Assembly (NCBI GenBank): GCA_963555755.3 | Contig: OY820905.2 | Coordinates: 2,368,001-2,432,000 of the forward strand | Source: Nitrospirales bacterium | GTDB taxonomy: Bacteria; Nitrospirota; Nitrospiria; Nitrospirales; UBA8639 | Length of the DNA: 64,000 nucleotides | Direction: 5' to 3' | Part shown: positions 21,615 to 32,071 of the stretch, piece after piece | How positions within the stretch are numbered: position 1 is the first letter of the stretch | Layout: every line of letters starts with the position of its first letter | Translations under genes and position numbers: made by a program | Notes under the pieces: generated by a model | The model's input: the letters and a program-made list of their open reading frames with translations, nothing else | Told to the model about the DNA's origin: nothing | Database searches by the model: none

Positions 21615-21936
21615 GGGCTCGCGCAAGAATAACTTCCCCTGTTTGGGCGTCGATCCATCCCGCCTGGTGGCGTAGCTCGTCCTTTCCATACCGAGGAGTA
21701 TGCCCAGTCCTCGCGCCTTGCTAGGAGCCTGTCCGACATTAGGGATCATCGCGAGATTGTGCTGGTTTGAGGCAGCTTTTTCGATCGTTTGAGGCGAATA
21801 GTGGTGACTATTTAACGAAAACGATCGGAAAAGCTGGCCAAATCCAGCGCAATCGCAGTAGATCCGCTAATGTCGGACAGGCTCCTAGACAGGCGTCTCA
21901 GCACCCAAACAGGGGAAGTTATTCTTGCGCGAACCC
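21615..21936. mobile_element. MITE family D with MITE B (21724-21885) inserted
   Basis: Long TIR GGG(C/T)TCGCGCAAGAATAACTTCCCCTGTTTGGG; inner GGAGCCTGTCCGACATTAG TIRs with CTAG flanks. Confidence 0.9.
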
Positions 21937-22007
21937 TTAGAAGTTAGAAGAGAAAAGCGAAGGGAGTGAATGGAAGAGGAGCAGGCGTGCTCACTCTGAA
22001 CAGCACC

Positions 22008-22703
22008 CTATGACGAGGGCGCATCTGTAATTGTAAACACCATGGTGCCCACAACATTGCCGTCGTACAGTTCCTGGCCAGGGCTTTCATAAAAAATCTT
22101 TAAAAGGTACTTGCCCTTTTCCCACCCACCTTCAGGGCGAAACACTTCCAGATATCCGGCCTTCTCATTCATCTCTAAAAAGAGGGCATCGGTTCCGGAA
22201 TGTTCTGTTTTCGCAGTTTTCCCATCCGGCATAAAGTACCAGGCCGCGCGAAATTGTGAAGGGGCATCCATTCCTGAAACCGAAAACACAATATAAAAAA
22301 GATCCGTATCTGGAGAAAATTCTGATGCGCCTGGATCCACGGGTTCGACATAGGCATCATCAGTCATCCACCCTTGTCGACCAAAAGAATCCCAAGGGAT
22401 TTTTATATCCCGAGCCATGGCCACCCAATTAAAGGATGACTGAGGACGTTTCCAATTTTTTTGATCGAGCGCCATGAACCGATCATCAGGAGCGGGTTGT
22501 CCTGAAATTTCCGTTTTCGCTTCCTGGGGAACAAAGTTGGACGTCATTTGCCCATTCGCATGGCCGATGAAGAACAACATTCCGAGAAAGGCCACGAGAC
22601 GACTCAGACCCCGGTGACCCAACACCCCTGAATATATCGTGTTCATGTTTTTCTTGTGCTTCAACATAAGAACACCTCCTCCCGGCCAGAAGTTTTCCTT
22701 CAT
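22008..22703 (-). CDS. Exported hypothetical protein
   Basis: Signal-like segment followed by a beta-rich domain; start uncertain. Confidence 0.65.
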   Translation of the reverse strand: MKENFWPGGGVLMLKHKKNMNTIYSGVLGHRGLSRLVAFLGMLFFIGHANGQMTSNFVPQEAKTEISGQPAPDDRFMALDQKNWKRPQSSFNWVAMARDIKIPWDSFGRQGWMTDDAYVEPVDPGASEFSPDTDLFYIVFSVSGMDAPSQFRAAWYFMPDGKTAKTEHSGTDALFLEMNEKAGYLEVFRPEGGWEKGKYLLKIFYESPGQELYDGNVVGTMVFTITDAPSS

Positions 22704-22812
22704 CCTTTAGCTTACCTCTCATCGATCGAAATCTGCAACGAGGAAGGAAATTCCGTGATGCGAAAGACAGGGTCTTTCCACCCCTAACGCTTTACGCCTC
22801 ACGTTTCACGCC

Positions 22813-23700
22813 TCACGGCGGCGGTGCGGGAACGCGTGTCCCCTCAATAGCTTGCCGCCGTCGCTCCACCATGCTATCGGCCATCTCGGTGAGGTGCTGT
22901 TCGAGGATTAAACGAAGGGGACCGCCGGTTTGATAATTTGCAGGAGCCATGAAATGCACGCGATCGGCATGTCGGGTGAGGTCGTAACATTTTTTAAACG
23001 ACCGCCGGGTCGGATCGTCTGGGTTGTACACTGCCACGGCCAAGCCACCATTTTTTTTAATGACCGTGAAACAGGGCACATCGGTTGGCCCGTCGCCGAC
23101 ATAAATCATATGCCGAAACGGCACGCGTCGGGCTTCTTCCGGCATGTGGTCGTTGACATCCTGTTCCATATTCAGAAGACCTTTGTTCACTCGAAACAGG
23201 AACTGCGTTTTTTGGGTGTGACTGATCGTTCGTTTGGGAAAATGAATATGGCCTTGGTCTTCGTCAAACTCGCACCCAAAAATGGCTTTGACATGTTTGG
23301 CAATATGACTGCCGTCTAAAATAGCTTTGAGCCCGGAACTGACCACATAGTGTTCGAGATGAATGTCCCACTCGGTATACCGGGGCTGATGTACAATGGC
23401 ATTGAGTTCTTCAAAAAAGTCCGGCACGCCCGGGAAAAACGTGAGGTCCGGCCCCATGGCTTGTAAATCGGCATTGGAGAGGGCGCGGATCGCGTCATAG
23501 TCTAACATCCGTTTCATGTACGCGAGTTCTTGATCATACCCTCGCTCTTTTATGAGCGCGGTACAACTGAGCCAAAATTCGGCTGGGTCGATTCCCGCAT
23601 GCCGCAGGATCGTATGATCCTGCATGTAATGCGGGCTGAGGGTGTGGTCGAAATCGTAGACGATCGCGAGAATGTTCTGCGGTTCAGGCATGATGTCCAA
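22813..23700 (-). CDS. HAD family hydrolase
   Basis: YDFDHTLSP, VVSSG, YVGDGPTDVPCF. Confidence 0.88.
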   Translation of the reverse strand: MDIMPEPQNILAIVYDFDHTLSPHYMQDHTILRHAGIDPAEFWLSCTALIKERGYDQELAYMKRMLDYDAIRALSNADLQAMGPDLTFFPGVPDFFEELNAIVHQPRYTEWDIHLEHYVVSSGLKAILDGSHIAKHVKAIFGCEFDEDQGHIHFPKRTISHTQKTQFLFRVNKGLLNMEQDVNDHMPEEARRVPFRHMIYVGDGPTDVPCFTVIKKNGGLAVAVYNPDDPTRRSFKKCYDLTRHADRVHFMAPANYQTGGPLRLILEQHLTEMADSMVERRRQAIEGTRVPAPPP

Positions 23701-23955
23701 TCAGAAAACGTCGCCCCCAGAAATACAGCCTTACGCCCACTGCGCTAGAACCTTGAACCAAAAGCAGCCGTATCGGGATCTCCAAAGTCCAGGTCTCCAG
23801 ATTAGGGAAAGTCACAACATGAGTCAATGCCTGTTCTAAATCCTAGAAATGGCAGTTTGGCGCAAAACCAACATGTACGAATTGATAAGTGAGCTACTAC
23901 GATGCCGCTGAGAGGCTAGAAGCGAAACTGATCTAATCGTGTCGCCGATACTTTA

Positions 23956-24387
23956 CTAAGGAATGGTTTGCAAGGCACTTCGAAATTCTTGTAGACGTTG
24001 CCCAAAGACATTGAGATGTTGATTCCGAAGGGATTGATCTTTTCGATGGTCCCACACCTGATGAAACACCGTGCGCATGTCTTTGTGAAGAGTCACCAGT
24101 GTGGCATGCCCAGGAGACTCTCGTTGAGCGTCAGTCATTTCACAGGAGACGTGTTTCAAGGCATGGAATTGATCATGGAGGTCGGCCAGGGCTCCGCCTT
24201 CCCCCGACTCCTGTTTGGCTTTCGCCAGACTGTGTTCCATCATCTCGGTGAGGGTAAGCCCGGTCTCCACTCCGGTTTTGCCATGGGCCTGTTCGAGAAA
24301 CTCGCTGGCTCTGGGGTGAAACACACTTTCACAACCTTGAAGTCCAACAAGACCTCCCAGCAATACCAACACGATGGGCCATTTCAT
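23956..24387 (-). CDS. Putative lipoprotein, helical and His-rich
   Basis: Lipobox LQGC. Confidence 0.75.
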   Translation of the reverse strand: MKWPIVLVLLGGLVGLQGCESVFHPRASEFLEQAHGKTGVETGLTLTEMMEHSLAKAKQESGEGGALADLHDQFHALKHVSCEMTDAQRESPGHATLVTLHKDMRTVFHQVWDHRKDQSLRNQHLNVFGQRLQEFRSALQTIP

Positions 24388-24422
24388 AGTTGAATTTCGC
24401 CTCCCGGCCATTGGTGCGCAAA

Positions 24423-25235
24423 TCAAAAGATTGCCTTCACCAACTCTTGAATGCTGCGATGCATGTCGGGGTCGTCAGTGATGGGTCGGATGACAGCCGC
24501 ATCGCAGGCACGGTCAGGCACCACGCCTTTTTGGATCAACGTTCCGGCATAAATCAACAATCGTGTGCTGACGCCTTCCTCCAAGCCATGATTGCGCAGG
24601 TTGCGCACCTTCCCCCCAAGCTTGACAAGCTTTTGAGCCATATCCTTTGGCACCTGCGCTTCCCGTTCAATAATGCGCGTTTCGATCTCAGGAGGCGGGT
24701 AGGTAAATTCAATGGCCATGAATCGTTGCTTGGTGCTTTGCTTCAACTCCTTCAACACACTTTGGTACCCGGGATTGTAGGAAATAATCAACATAAAGTC
24801 ATCGACCGCTTCAATAATTTGTCCGCGTTTCTCGATGGGAAGAAATCGACGGTCGTCGCTGAGAGGATGCACAATCACCGTCGTGTCTTTTCTAGCTTCA
24901 ACCACCTCATCCAAATAGACGATGGCTCCATGTTTCACCCCAAGGGTTAAGGGACCATCTATCCACACCGTCTCTTCACCTTTGAGAAGATAACGGCCCA
25001 CCAGATCCGAAGCCGTTAAGTCTTCATGACAGGCAACCGTAATAAGCGGTCGTCCCAACTTGTAAGCCATGTGCTGGACAAACCGAGTTTTGCCGCACCC
25101 CGTCGGTCCTTTGAGCATCACCGGCATCTTGCTTTGAGAAGCAATCGTCACCAGCCCGATTTCGCCGTTGACCTCTTCGTAAAACGGTTCTGCGGTGAGC
25201 CGATATTGTTCAATGTCGAGTTCTTGCCCTTTCAT
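24423..25235 (-). CDS. CbbQ/NirQ/NorQ family AAA+ ATPase
   Basis: [51 protein letters not shown]. Confidence 0.92.
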   Translation of the reverse strand: MKGQELDIEQYRLTAEPFYEEVNGEIGLVTIASQSKMPVMLKGPTGCGKTRFVQHMAYKLGRPLITVACHEDLTASDLVGRYLLKGEETVWIDGPLTLGVKHGAIVYLDEVVEARKDTTVIVHPLSDDRRFLPIEKRGQIIEAVDDFMLIISYNPGYQSVLKELKQSTKQRFMAIEFTYPPPEIETRIIEREAQVPKDMAQKLVKLGGKVRNLRNHGLEEGVSTRLLIYAGTLIQKGVVPDRACDAAVIRPITDDPDMHRSIQELVKAIF

Positions 25236-25727
25236 GTGTATCTCATCCTAATCTTGCTTTCGTCCCATCCCCCAGATGAAGGGGCATTATACTGTGGGGT
25301 CGAAACCATGGACAAGTTAGGAGCCTATAGTGGCCATGCAATGAGGCACAGATCGACCAGCATGATTCACCTGCTTGGAATGCACCAAGCGAAGCAGAAT
25401 CGGCTATCTGCTTGGTCGCATGCTCAACCTCTTCCCACGCGAAATACGGACGCAAGAAACTATCCTGTTCAGGAAACCGGCAACAGACATCACAGCTCAC
25501 ACTCACTGTTGCGGGAACGAACTGAGACAGGGACAACACGGGAATTGAGCCATACACTTCTTCGCCTGTATTGCTCCTCACTACACCTCATAGTTTCGAA
25601 GTCTTCTGCCGGCGATGAAACACCTATTGGGCCTTCCCTTGTCTACCCGAAAGAGCGCATGGTATCATCTTAATTCGTGCCTTTAGAAGAACTTCCGACC
25701 TATTAACGATGACAGACCTGCTGGGCA

Positions 25728-27287
25728 TTGACCGAACTTATCTGTTTTTTGATGATCACCGACTCTGCGTTGACTTCAAAAGACCACGACCTTACCGATC
25801 CCATCATTGCACATCCTACGGCCGAAGGCTCAATGGTTAACGTGACATTACCCACGGCCCTTCACACGGCCACAGACCTCATCCCTCCCGAATCGTTCGT
25901 CACGACACAGCATCGATGCGCTTCCGTGTCAGACACCTTGATCAAAGCCAACGTGTTTGAGAGTTCTCAGAATCCTCAATGGCGCATCTCTCCAACGCCT
26001 TTTTTCCTTGAACGGAAAGACGTAAAATTTTTCGAGTCCCTTGGCGCTCATTTATTACGATTTTATCGGGCGCTGAATCGACTCTACCTGGCCAGTGTCA
26101 AAGGCACGCAGCCCGCTTGGGTTCATGAATATTTAGACCAGGGCAAACCTCCGGCTCTTCTTGAATATGGCCGAATGAAACGATTTCGGGATATCCTGCC
26201 GGACGTCATCCGACCAGACATCATTCCCACCGAAGCGGGAATGACGATGACCGAACTCGACTCGGTCCCCGGAGGAATAGGCTCCACCGCCATCTTGTCC
26301 GACGCCTATGCGAAATTTGGGGACGACGTTGTCGAAGGAGCGAAGGGGATGCTTGATGGGTTTGCGTCGATGCTCCAGTCCCGCTTGGGAAACACACCCG
26401 GATGTGTGGCCATCGTCGTATCTGACGAGGCCGAAGACTATCGGGCTGAAATGGCATGGCTAGCTTCCCATTTACAGGAACAAGGGACGGAGGCGTATTG
26501 CGTTCATCCCCGTGACATGCGGTTCACCGAAGAGTCCTTGTTCATCATGACCACTTCGGGAGAGAAAGCTGTCGCGCTCATTTATCGCTTCTATGAATTG
26601 TTCGACCTCAAAAACATTCCCAAATCAGAACTCGTCCTGTACAGCGCGAAAAAAGACCGAGTGGAGGTCACTCCTCCTTATAAGCCGTGGATGGAAGAAA
26701 AATTGGCATTTGCGTTGCTGCACCATCCAATGTTGGAGCCATTTTGGACGAAGGCCTTTGGGCTCGAGACATTTGACGTGCTTCATCAACTCATGCCCAA
26801 AACTTGGATTTTAGATCCACGACCGATTCCACCCTCTGCCATCATTCCCAATCTTTTGATGGCAGGCTCAGCGGTCTCGAATTGGCACCAATTGGCGCAA
26901 GCCACGCAACGACAACGGCAGTTCGTCATTAAACCATCGGGCTTTTCAGAACTCGCCTGGGGCAGCCGTGGCGTAGTCATTGGCCATGATATTCCGCAAA
27001 CCGAATGGTCCGCGGCTTTGGATCGTGGGCTTGACTCATTCGAGACATCCCCTCATATCCTGCAAGAGTTTCATAAGGGCCGTCAGTATGACGTGACCTA
27101 TATGGAAGAACGGACTCAAGAGATGGTCTTGATGCAGGGTCGGGTTCGGCTGTCGCCCTATTATTTTGTCTCTGGCGACGAAGCCCGTTTAGGAGGAATC
27201 CTCGCGACCGTGTGCCCCAAGGACAAGAAGGTCATTCACGGCATGCGGGAGGCCATTTTAGCACCCTGTGCGATTGCTGAGGAATGA
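25728..27287 (+). CDS. ATP-grasp/glutathionylspermidine synthase-like protein
   Basis: IRPDII, TELDSVPGGIG, VIKPSGFSELAWGSRGV, ILQEF; start may be downstream. Confidence 0.7.
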   Translation: MTELICFLMITDSALTSKDHDLTDPIIAHPTAEGSMVNVTLPTALHTATDLIPPESFVTTQHRCASVSDTLIKANVFESSQNPQWRISPTPFFLERKDVKFFESLGAHLLRFYRALNRLYLASVKGTQPAWVHEYLDQGKPPALLEYGRMKRFRDILPDVIRPDIIPTEAGMTMTELDSVPGGIGSTAILSDAYAKFGDDVVEGAKGMLDGFASMLQSRLGNTPGCVAIVVSDEAEDYRAEMAWLASHLQEQGTEAYCVHPRDMRFTEESLFIMTTSGEKAVALIYRFYELFDLKNIPKSELVLYSAKKDRVEVTPPYKPWMEEKLAFALLHHPMLEPFWTKAFGLETFDVLHQLMPKTWILDPRPIPPSAIIPNLLMAGSAVSNWHQLAQATQRQRQFVIKPSGFSELAWGSRGVVIGHDIPQTEWSAALDRGLDSFETSPHILQEFHKGRQYDVTYMEERTQEMVLMQGRVRLSPYYFVSGDEARLGGILATVCPKDKKVIHGMREAILAPCAIAEE

Positions 27288-27333
27288 AAAACCCTTCCAC
27301 CAAAATACCAAGGAAGATGCCGAGCCACTCGAT

Positions 27334-27567
27334 ATGACCCTGTATCACACCGAATGGTGTCCCGAATGCGCAGTCGTTCGGGGCAAACTCTCAGAGCTTG
27401 ATCTGGAATATGAGAGTGTGATTGTCCCGGATGTTCGACCATTTCGTACACAAGTGCACGAGGTGTCCGGTCAATATTACGTTCCTGTTCTCGTGGATGG
27501 AGAATCGGTCTTCACGGAAACGAGCGATATTTTGGATCATTTGGACTCCCATCCAGGAACCACATGA
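27334..27567 (+). CDS. Glutaredoxin-like protein
   Basis: WCPEC, VSGQYYVPVLVD, ETSDILDHL. Confidence 0.85.
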   Translation: MTLYHTEWCPECAVVRGKLSELDLEYESVIVPDVRPFRTQVHEVSGQYYVPVLVDGESVFTETSDILDHLDSHPGTT

Positions 27568-27678
27568 AGTCCCAGAGAGAGGATTTTTTGTTTCACGATA
27601 TGATACACCTCATGGCCAAGCCCATTGAAGTCCCGTGGGGCATTCTCTACAACATTGTTTATCTGCGAGGAATTCTCT

Positions 27679-28797
27679 ATGGATGATTGGAAACAAGTCC
27701 TAGCGGAGAGCATTACTAAACCCAAAGATTTGGCAAGGCATCTCGGTGTGGACCCGAAGGAGATCGAAGACGTCGTGGGAGCCTATCCCATGCGCATTAC
27801 CCCCACGGTTCTTGCGACCATAAAAGAAAAAGGCGATGCCATTTGGAAACAGGTCGTCCCAGAGGCCATTGAAATGGAGGACTTCGATGCGCCGGACGAT
27901 CCATTGGAAGAAGATACGGACAGCCCGGTGCCACATCTCGTCCATCGGTATCCTGACCGTGTCCTCCTCATGGTGACAAACCAATGTCCCATCTATTGCC
28001 GATTTTGTACACGCAAACGGCTGGTGGGTAAACCGGGATTTCTCAAGAAAGGCGAATTGGATCAAGCCATCGCCTACCTTCGCGAACACACCGAGGTACG
28101 GGACGTTATTTTATCCGGGGGCGACCCGCTGTTATTGCCTGACTATTTAATCGAACGCATTCTCAAAGCCCTTCGCACGATTCCTCACCTGGAACTCATC
28201 CGGTTTGGGACTCGCGTTCCTGGAACATTGCCGCAACGCATTACCCCGGAGTTATGTGACATCATCAAACAGTATCATCCCATTTACATGAACCTGCATT
28301 TCAATCATCCTGATGAACTCACCCCTGAAGTAAAAGAAGCGTGTGGGCGACTCGCCGATGCCGGCATTCCACTGGGCGCACAAACCGTGTTATTAAAGGG
28401 TGTCAACGACGACCCGGACATCATGAAACAATTGATGCACCAGCTCCTACTGGCGCGAATAAAGCCCTATTATCTGTATATGGCTGACCTTACGAAAGGC
28501 ACCAACCATTTTCGCACAACCGTGGAAACGGGGTTGAAAATTATCCAAGCCTTGCAAGGGCACACGAGCGGCATGGCGGTCCCACATTTTGTCATTGATG
28601 CACCAGGTGGAGGAGGAAAAATTCCCCTTCTTCCCAACGAATACCTGCTGAACTTGGATGAAAACGGTGCAGTGCTAAAAAACTATGAGAACAAGACCTA
28701 CCATTACCCGCAGCCTGATCAAACCCGGTCGCGTGAACTTCCCATGGTTGGAGCATCATCCATCGGTGGCCTCTGCAGCGGAGCCTTAGACGACTAA
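27679..28797 (+). CDS. kamA: KamA family radical SAM protein (lysine 2,3-aminomutase-like)
   Basis: HRYPDRVL, CPIYCRFCTRKR, SGGDPL, DAPGGGGKIP (PLP lysine). Confidence 0.9.
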   Translation: MDDWKQVLAESITKPKDLARHLGVDPKEIEDVVGAYPMRITPTVLATIKEKGDAIWKQVVPEAIEMEDFDAPDDPLEEDTDSPVPHLVHRYPDRVLLMVTNQCPIYCRFCTRKRLVGKPGFLKKGELDQAIAYLREHTEVRDVILSGGDPLLLPDYLIERILKALRTIPHLELIRFGTRVPGTLPQRITPELCDIIKQYHPIYMNLHFNHPDELTPEVKEACGRLADAGIPLGAQTVLLKGVNDDPDIMKQLMHQLLLARIKPYYLYMADLTKGTNHFRTTVETGLKIIQALQGHTSGMAVPHFVIDAPGGGGKIPLLPNEYLLNLDENGAVLKNYENKTYHYPQPDQTRSRELPMVGASSIGGLCSGALDD

Positions 28798-28799
28798 TC

Positions 28800-29957
28800 A
28801 TGGCCGCTCCTCGAAAACACGGCATTCTTCCTGACAAGCACCTGAAGCAACTGATTCAGGAAGACGCGGTGTATGCCGATTCCCCGATTGGCGATGCGCA
28901 GATACAACCGGCCAGCCTGGACCTGCGTCTGGGAACTAAAGCCTATCGATTACTCAGTAGCTTTCTGCCCGAGCGGTCAGAAATTAGCACGCGCTTGTGC
29001 ATGTCGAATCTCTATAAGTCGGATTTGGTCATGTATGAAATGGATCTCACTAAGGGAGCCATCCTCGAAAGAGGGCATGTCTATCTTGTTCCGCTTCAAG
29101 AGAATCTCGCGCTCCCCCCAACTATTCGCGGACGAGCTAACCCTAAAAGTTCAACCGGACGGCTGGATATCTTCACGCGGGTCATCACAGACCTTAACGT
29201 TGGCTTCGATGAAATTCGTCAAGGCTATCATGGTCCATTGTATCTCGAGATTGTGCCGAGATCATTTACCATTCGTGTCCAAACAGGGCTGTCGTTAAAC
29301 CAACTTCGGTTGATAGCCGGGCGACCGACTGTCTCCGACTCCCAACTCAAAACTCTACATCGATCGGCTTGCTTACTCCATCATAATGAAGACCACGCAA
29401 CCGGTGGCCGGCCAGTGGCTGCACGCGAGGTACGAGTAGACCAGGGCCTTTTTTTGCGGATCGATCTGAAGGGCGGGGATACGGAACACGACATCGTCGG
29501 CTACCGCGCCAAGAAAAATAGTCACATCATTGATCTTTCCAAAATAGGATACTATTCAGCATTCGACTATTGGGAACCCCTGTACCGGCATGCAAACGAT
29601 ACGCTGCTTCTTGAACCGGAAGAGTTTTATATTCTCGCTTCCAAAGAACGGATTACCGTCCCCGCTGGGTATGCCGCGGAAATGGTGGCCTACGAAGCTG
29701 CCTGTGGAGAACTTCGGACGCATTACGCCGGATTTTTCGATCCTGGTTTTGGAGCCGGCTCATCTCCTCGAAACGGCACGCAAGTCGTGCTTGAGGTACG
29801 ACCCCATGATGTGCCATTTCTTATTCACGACGGCCAAACGTTTTTCAAAGTCATGTACGAAAAAATGCTGGATACTCCAGATGCAATCTACGGCTCAGCC
29901 ATCGGGTCCAATTACCATCAGCAGGGCTTGACGCTGAGCAAACACTTTAAATGGTGA
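28800..29957 (+). CDS. dcd: dCTP deaminase, long duplicated-domain type
   Basis: QIQPASLDLRLG, NPKSSTGRLD, HYAGFFDPGFG, VLEVR, QGLTLSKHF. Confidence 0.85.
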   Translation: MAAPRKHGILPDKHLKQLIQEDAVYADSPIGDAQIQPASLDLRLGTKAYRLLSSFLPERSEISTRLCMSNLYKSDLVMYEMDLTKGAILERGHVYLVPLQENLALPPTIRGRANPKSSTGRLDIFTRVITDLNVGFDEIRQGYHGPLYLEIVPRSFTIRVQTGLSLNQLRLIAGRPTVSDSQLKTLHRSACLLHHNEDHATGGRPVAAREVRVDQGLFLRIDLKGGDTEHDIVGYRAKKNSHIIDLSKIGYYSAFDYWEPLYRHANDTLLLEPEEFYILASKERITVPAGYAAEMVAYEAACGELRTHYAGFFDPGFGAGSSPRNGTQVVLEVRPHDVPFLIHDGQTFFKVMYEKMLDTPDAIYGSAIGSNYHQQGLTLSKHFKW

Positions 29958-30430
29958 CCATGGCAGAAGAACCTACACATAAAGTCGAGACCGACACGCA
30001 ATCCGACACGCCGCCCGAAACCCCAACACGGCAAATTCCCGGCGTGCACGTAGGACCCCCTACGCCAGAATCCGAACTGGATCCAGAAACCCACGAAGCG
30101 CTCCAGATGAAAGTTTCCATGAAGATAGTGGGCTCGGTCATGGTCTTCATCGGATTTATTCAAGTGTTTCTCTCTGTCAGTACGGGTGCGGAAATCACGG
30201 CCTTCCCCATGATTCTGTATTTTGTCGGTTTGGCGTTGTGGGCTCATTCCTCGGTGAAGATCCCCAGGGTGCGGTATCTCATCATCGCCTTTTCATTGGT
30301 CTGTGCGCTCGGATTTTTTCAACTGGGGGAAGTGTTGTTCTGGCACAAATATGTCATCTATTGGGGCACCATCGCTATGGTAGTCTTTTTTATGTTTCAG
30401 AATCCTAAGAAACCCTCTAAGCCTCAGTGA
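29951..30430 (+). CDS. Membrane protein, 4 TM
   Basis: Hydrophobic segments; overlaps the dcd stop. Confidence 0.7.
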   Translation: MVTMAEEPTHKVETDTQSDTPPETPTRQIPGVHVGPPTPESELDPETHEALQMKVSMKIVGSVMVFIGFIQVFLSVSTGAEITAFPMILYFVGLALWAHSSVKIPRVRYLIIAFSLVCALGFFQLGEVLFWHKYVIYWGTIAMVVFFMFQNPKKPSKPQ

Positions 30431-30562
30431 ACCGTATCTCGTCGCTCGTATCTCGTGCCTGCGCGCTGTAGCGCTTTCAGCCTTCGTAGCCACTTCGGCG
30501 AAGTAGGCCCGGCGCGCAAGCGTGAAAAGAAGAACCACGTTTCACGCATCACGGCTTTCCAC

Positions 30563-31267
30563 ATGCCCGCATCCATCGCGATTATAATCCCGACACTCAA
30601 TGAGGAACGCGCTCTTCCTCGAACGCTACTGTACCTTCGACAACAACAATTCAACGAAGTGATTGTGGTCGATGGGGGCAGTCAGGATCACACCGTATCC
30701 GTGGCCACAAACCATCTCTCCGGACTCAGCCAGCGCGAATCCAAAGTCATCATTGCTGATCGCGGACGGGCACAACAACTGAACGCCGGGGCTGCCGAAG
30801 CGCAATCAGACATTCTGCTGTTCCTGCATGCTGACACGCAATTGCCCCTTCACAGTCGAACCGAGATTGAACAGGTTACGGAAAACTCCCAATGTGTCGG
30901 GGGTCGATTTGATGTGCAGTTTGAAGACGATCGTGGCTGGGCGTGGGTCATCAGTCGTATGATGAATTGGCGCTCACGCTGGTCAGGCATTGCCACAGGC
31001 GATCAGGCCATTTTTGTTCGACGAGAAATTTTTCAGCAAATGGGCGGGTATGCCGACATTCCGCTCATGGAAGATATCGAATTCACGAAGCGGCTGAAAC
31101 ACCTTGGAAAAGTGGCGACACTCCATACCAAAGTGACCACCTCCTTTCGACGGTGGGAACAACGCGGGGCCTTGCAAACGATCTTGCAGATGTGGACCCT
31201 TCGATTTCTCTACTGGTTGGGGCTCAGTCCACAAACACTTCGCCAATTGTATGCCACGATCAGGTAA
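30563..31267 (+). CDS. GT2 glycosyltransferase, TIGR04283-type
   Basis: IIIPTLNEE, VVDGGSQD, GRAQQLNAGA, FLHADT, TGDQAIF, PLMEDI. Confidence 0.88.
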   Translation: MPASIAIIIPTLNEERALPRTLLYLRQQQFNEVIVVDGGSQDHTVSVATNHLSGLSQRESKVIIADRGRAQQLNAGAAEAQSDILLFLHADTQLPLHSRTEIEQVTENSQCVGGRFDVQFEDDRGWAWVISRMMNWRSRWSGIATGDQAIFVRREIFQQMGGYADIPLMEDIEFTKRLKHLGKVATLHTKVTTSFRRWEQRGALQTILQMWTLRFLYWLGLSPQTLRQLYATIR

Positions 31268-32012
31268 GCCCTCTCACTCTCGCCGGCACGGCCACAAAAA
31301 AAAAGGCCGTCCAACATCAGGGCCTGCTGAAGGCGCGATCATTATTTTTGCCAAAGCGCCGGTGCCCGGCCAAGTCAAAACACGCTTGTGCCCACCACTC
31401 ACCCCAGACGAAGCGGCCAGCCTGCATGGCAGCATGGTCATGGATGCGGTTGAACACACCAGGCCCCTTCGAGAGTTCGATATTTATTTAGCGTGCACAC
31501 CCAGCATGGACCATCCCTTCTTTCAAACCCTAGCCGCCCGGCATCGACTTCAATTATGCGACCAGGTTGGTGAGGATCTTGGACAACGCATGGACCATGC
31601 CCTTACCATCATCCTCAATCGTGGCTACAAGCATGCCCTGTTGGTTGGAGCGGATATTCCCAATCTTTCCGGTCACACATACAAACAGGCTAAAGACATG
31701 TTGCAATCGAAGGATGTGGTGTTTGGCCCAACCAAAGACGGAGGGTACTATTTGGTGGGGATGAAAATACCCAATCCTGAACTGTTTGCCAATATATCTT
31801 GGTCAACCGATCGCGTACTGACCCAAAGCCAAGCTCAAGCTGAAAAGCTGGGCCTTGCCATGAGTCTGCTAGAACCAGAACACGATATCGATACCTTTGA
31901 CGATTTGCAGGCTTTTTTGGATGAAAAAACTGGATTAGGAAAAACGAAACTTTCGACTCGAACAGCGAATGTCTTCCAGACCTTGGTACAGCGGCATCGT
32001 CATATCGGCTGA
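31251..32012 (+). CDS. TIGR04282/DUF2064-type (CofC-like) transferase
   Basis: IFAKAPVPGQVKTRL, DLGQRM, GPTKDGGYYLVG, DIDTFDDL. Confidence 0.88.
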   Translation: MPRSGKPSHSRRHGHKKKGRPTSGPAEGAIIIFAKAPVPGQVKTRLCPPLTPDEAASLHGSMVMDAVEHTRPLREFDIYLACTPSMDHPFFQTLAARHRLQLCDQVGEDLGQRMDHALTIILNRGYKHALLVGADIPNLSGHTYKQAKDMLQSKDVVFGPTKDGGYYLVGMKIPNPELFANISWSTDRVLTQSQAQAEKLGLAMSLLEPEHDIDTFDDLQAFLDEKTGLGKTKLSTRTANVFQTLVQRHRHIG

Positions 32013-32071
32013 AATTTTCCTCCCCTGAGTGGGAGTGAAGACAACAAATATCGACCCCAGGTGGAGGTTAT

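Noticed and set aside
23842..23870. CCTAGAAATGGCAGTTTGGCGCAAAA (and a similar motif near 61379) as complete MITE G copies
   Set aside because: Only one end recognisable; no partner TIR or TSD found
24423..25235. cbbQ as evidence for a Calvin cycle or denitrification
   Set aside because: No RuBisCO, nor or nir genes in the window; the family has diverse clients
25240..25720. Long divergent intergenic region as a riboswitch or ncRNA
   Set aside because: No recognisable riboswitch or tRNA motif by eye; an Rfam/Infernal scan would be needed
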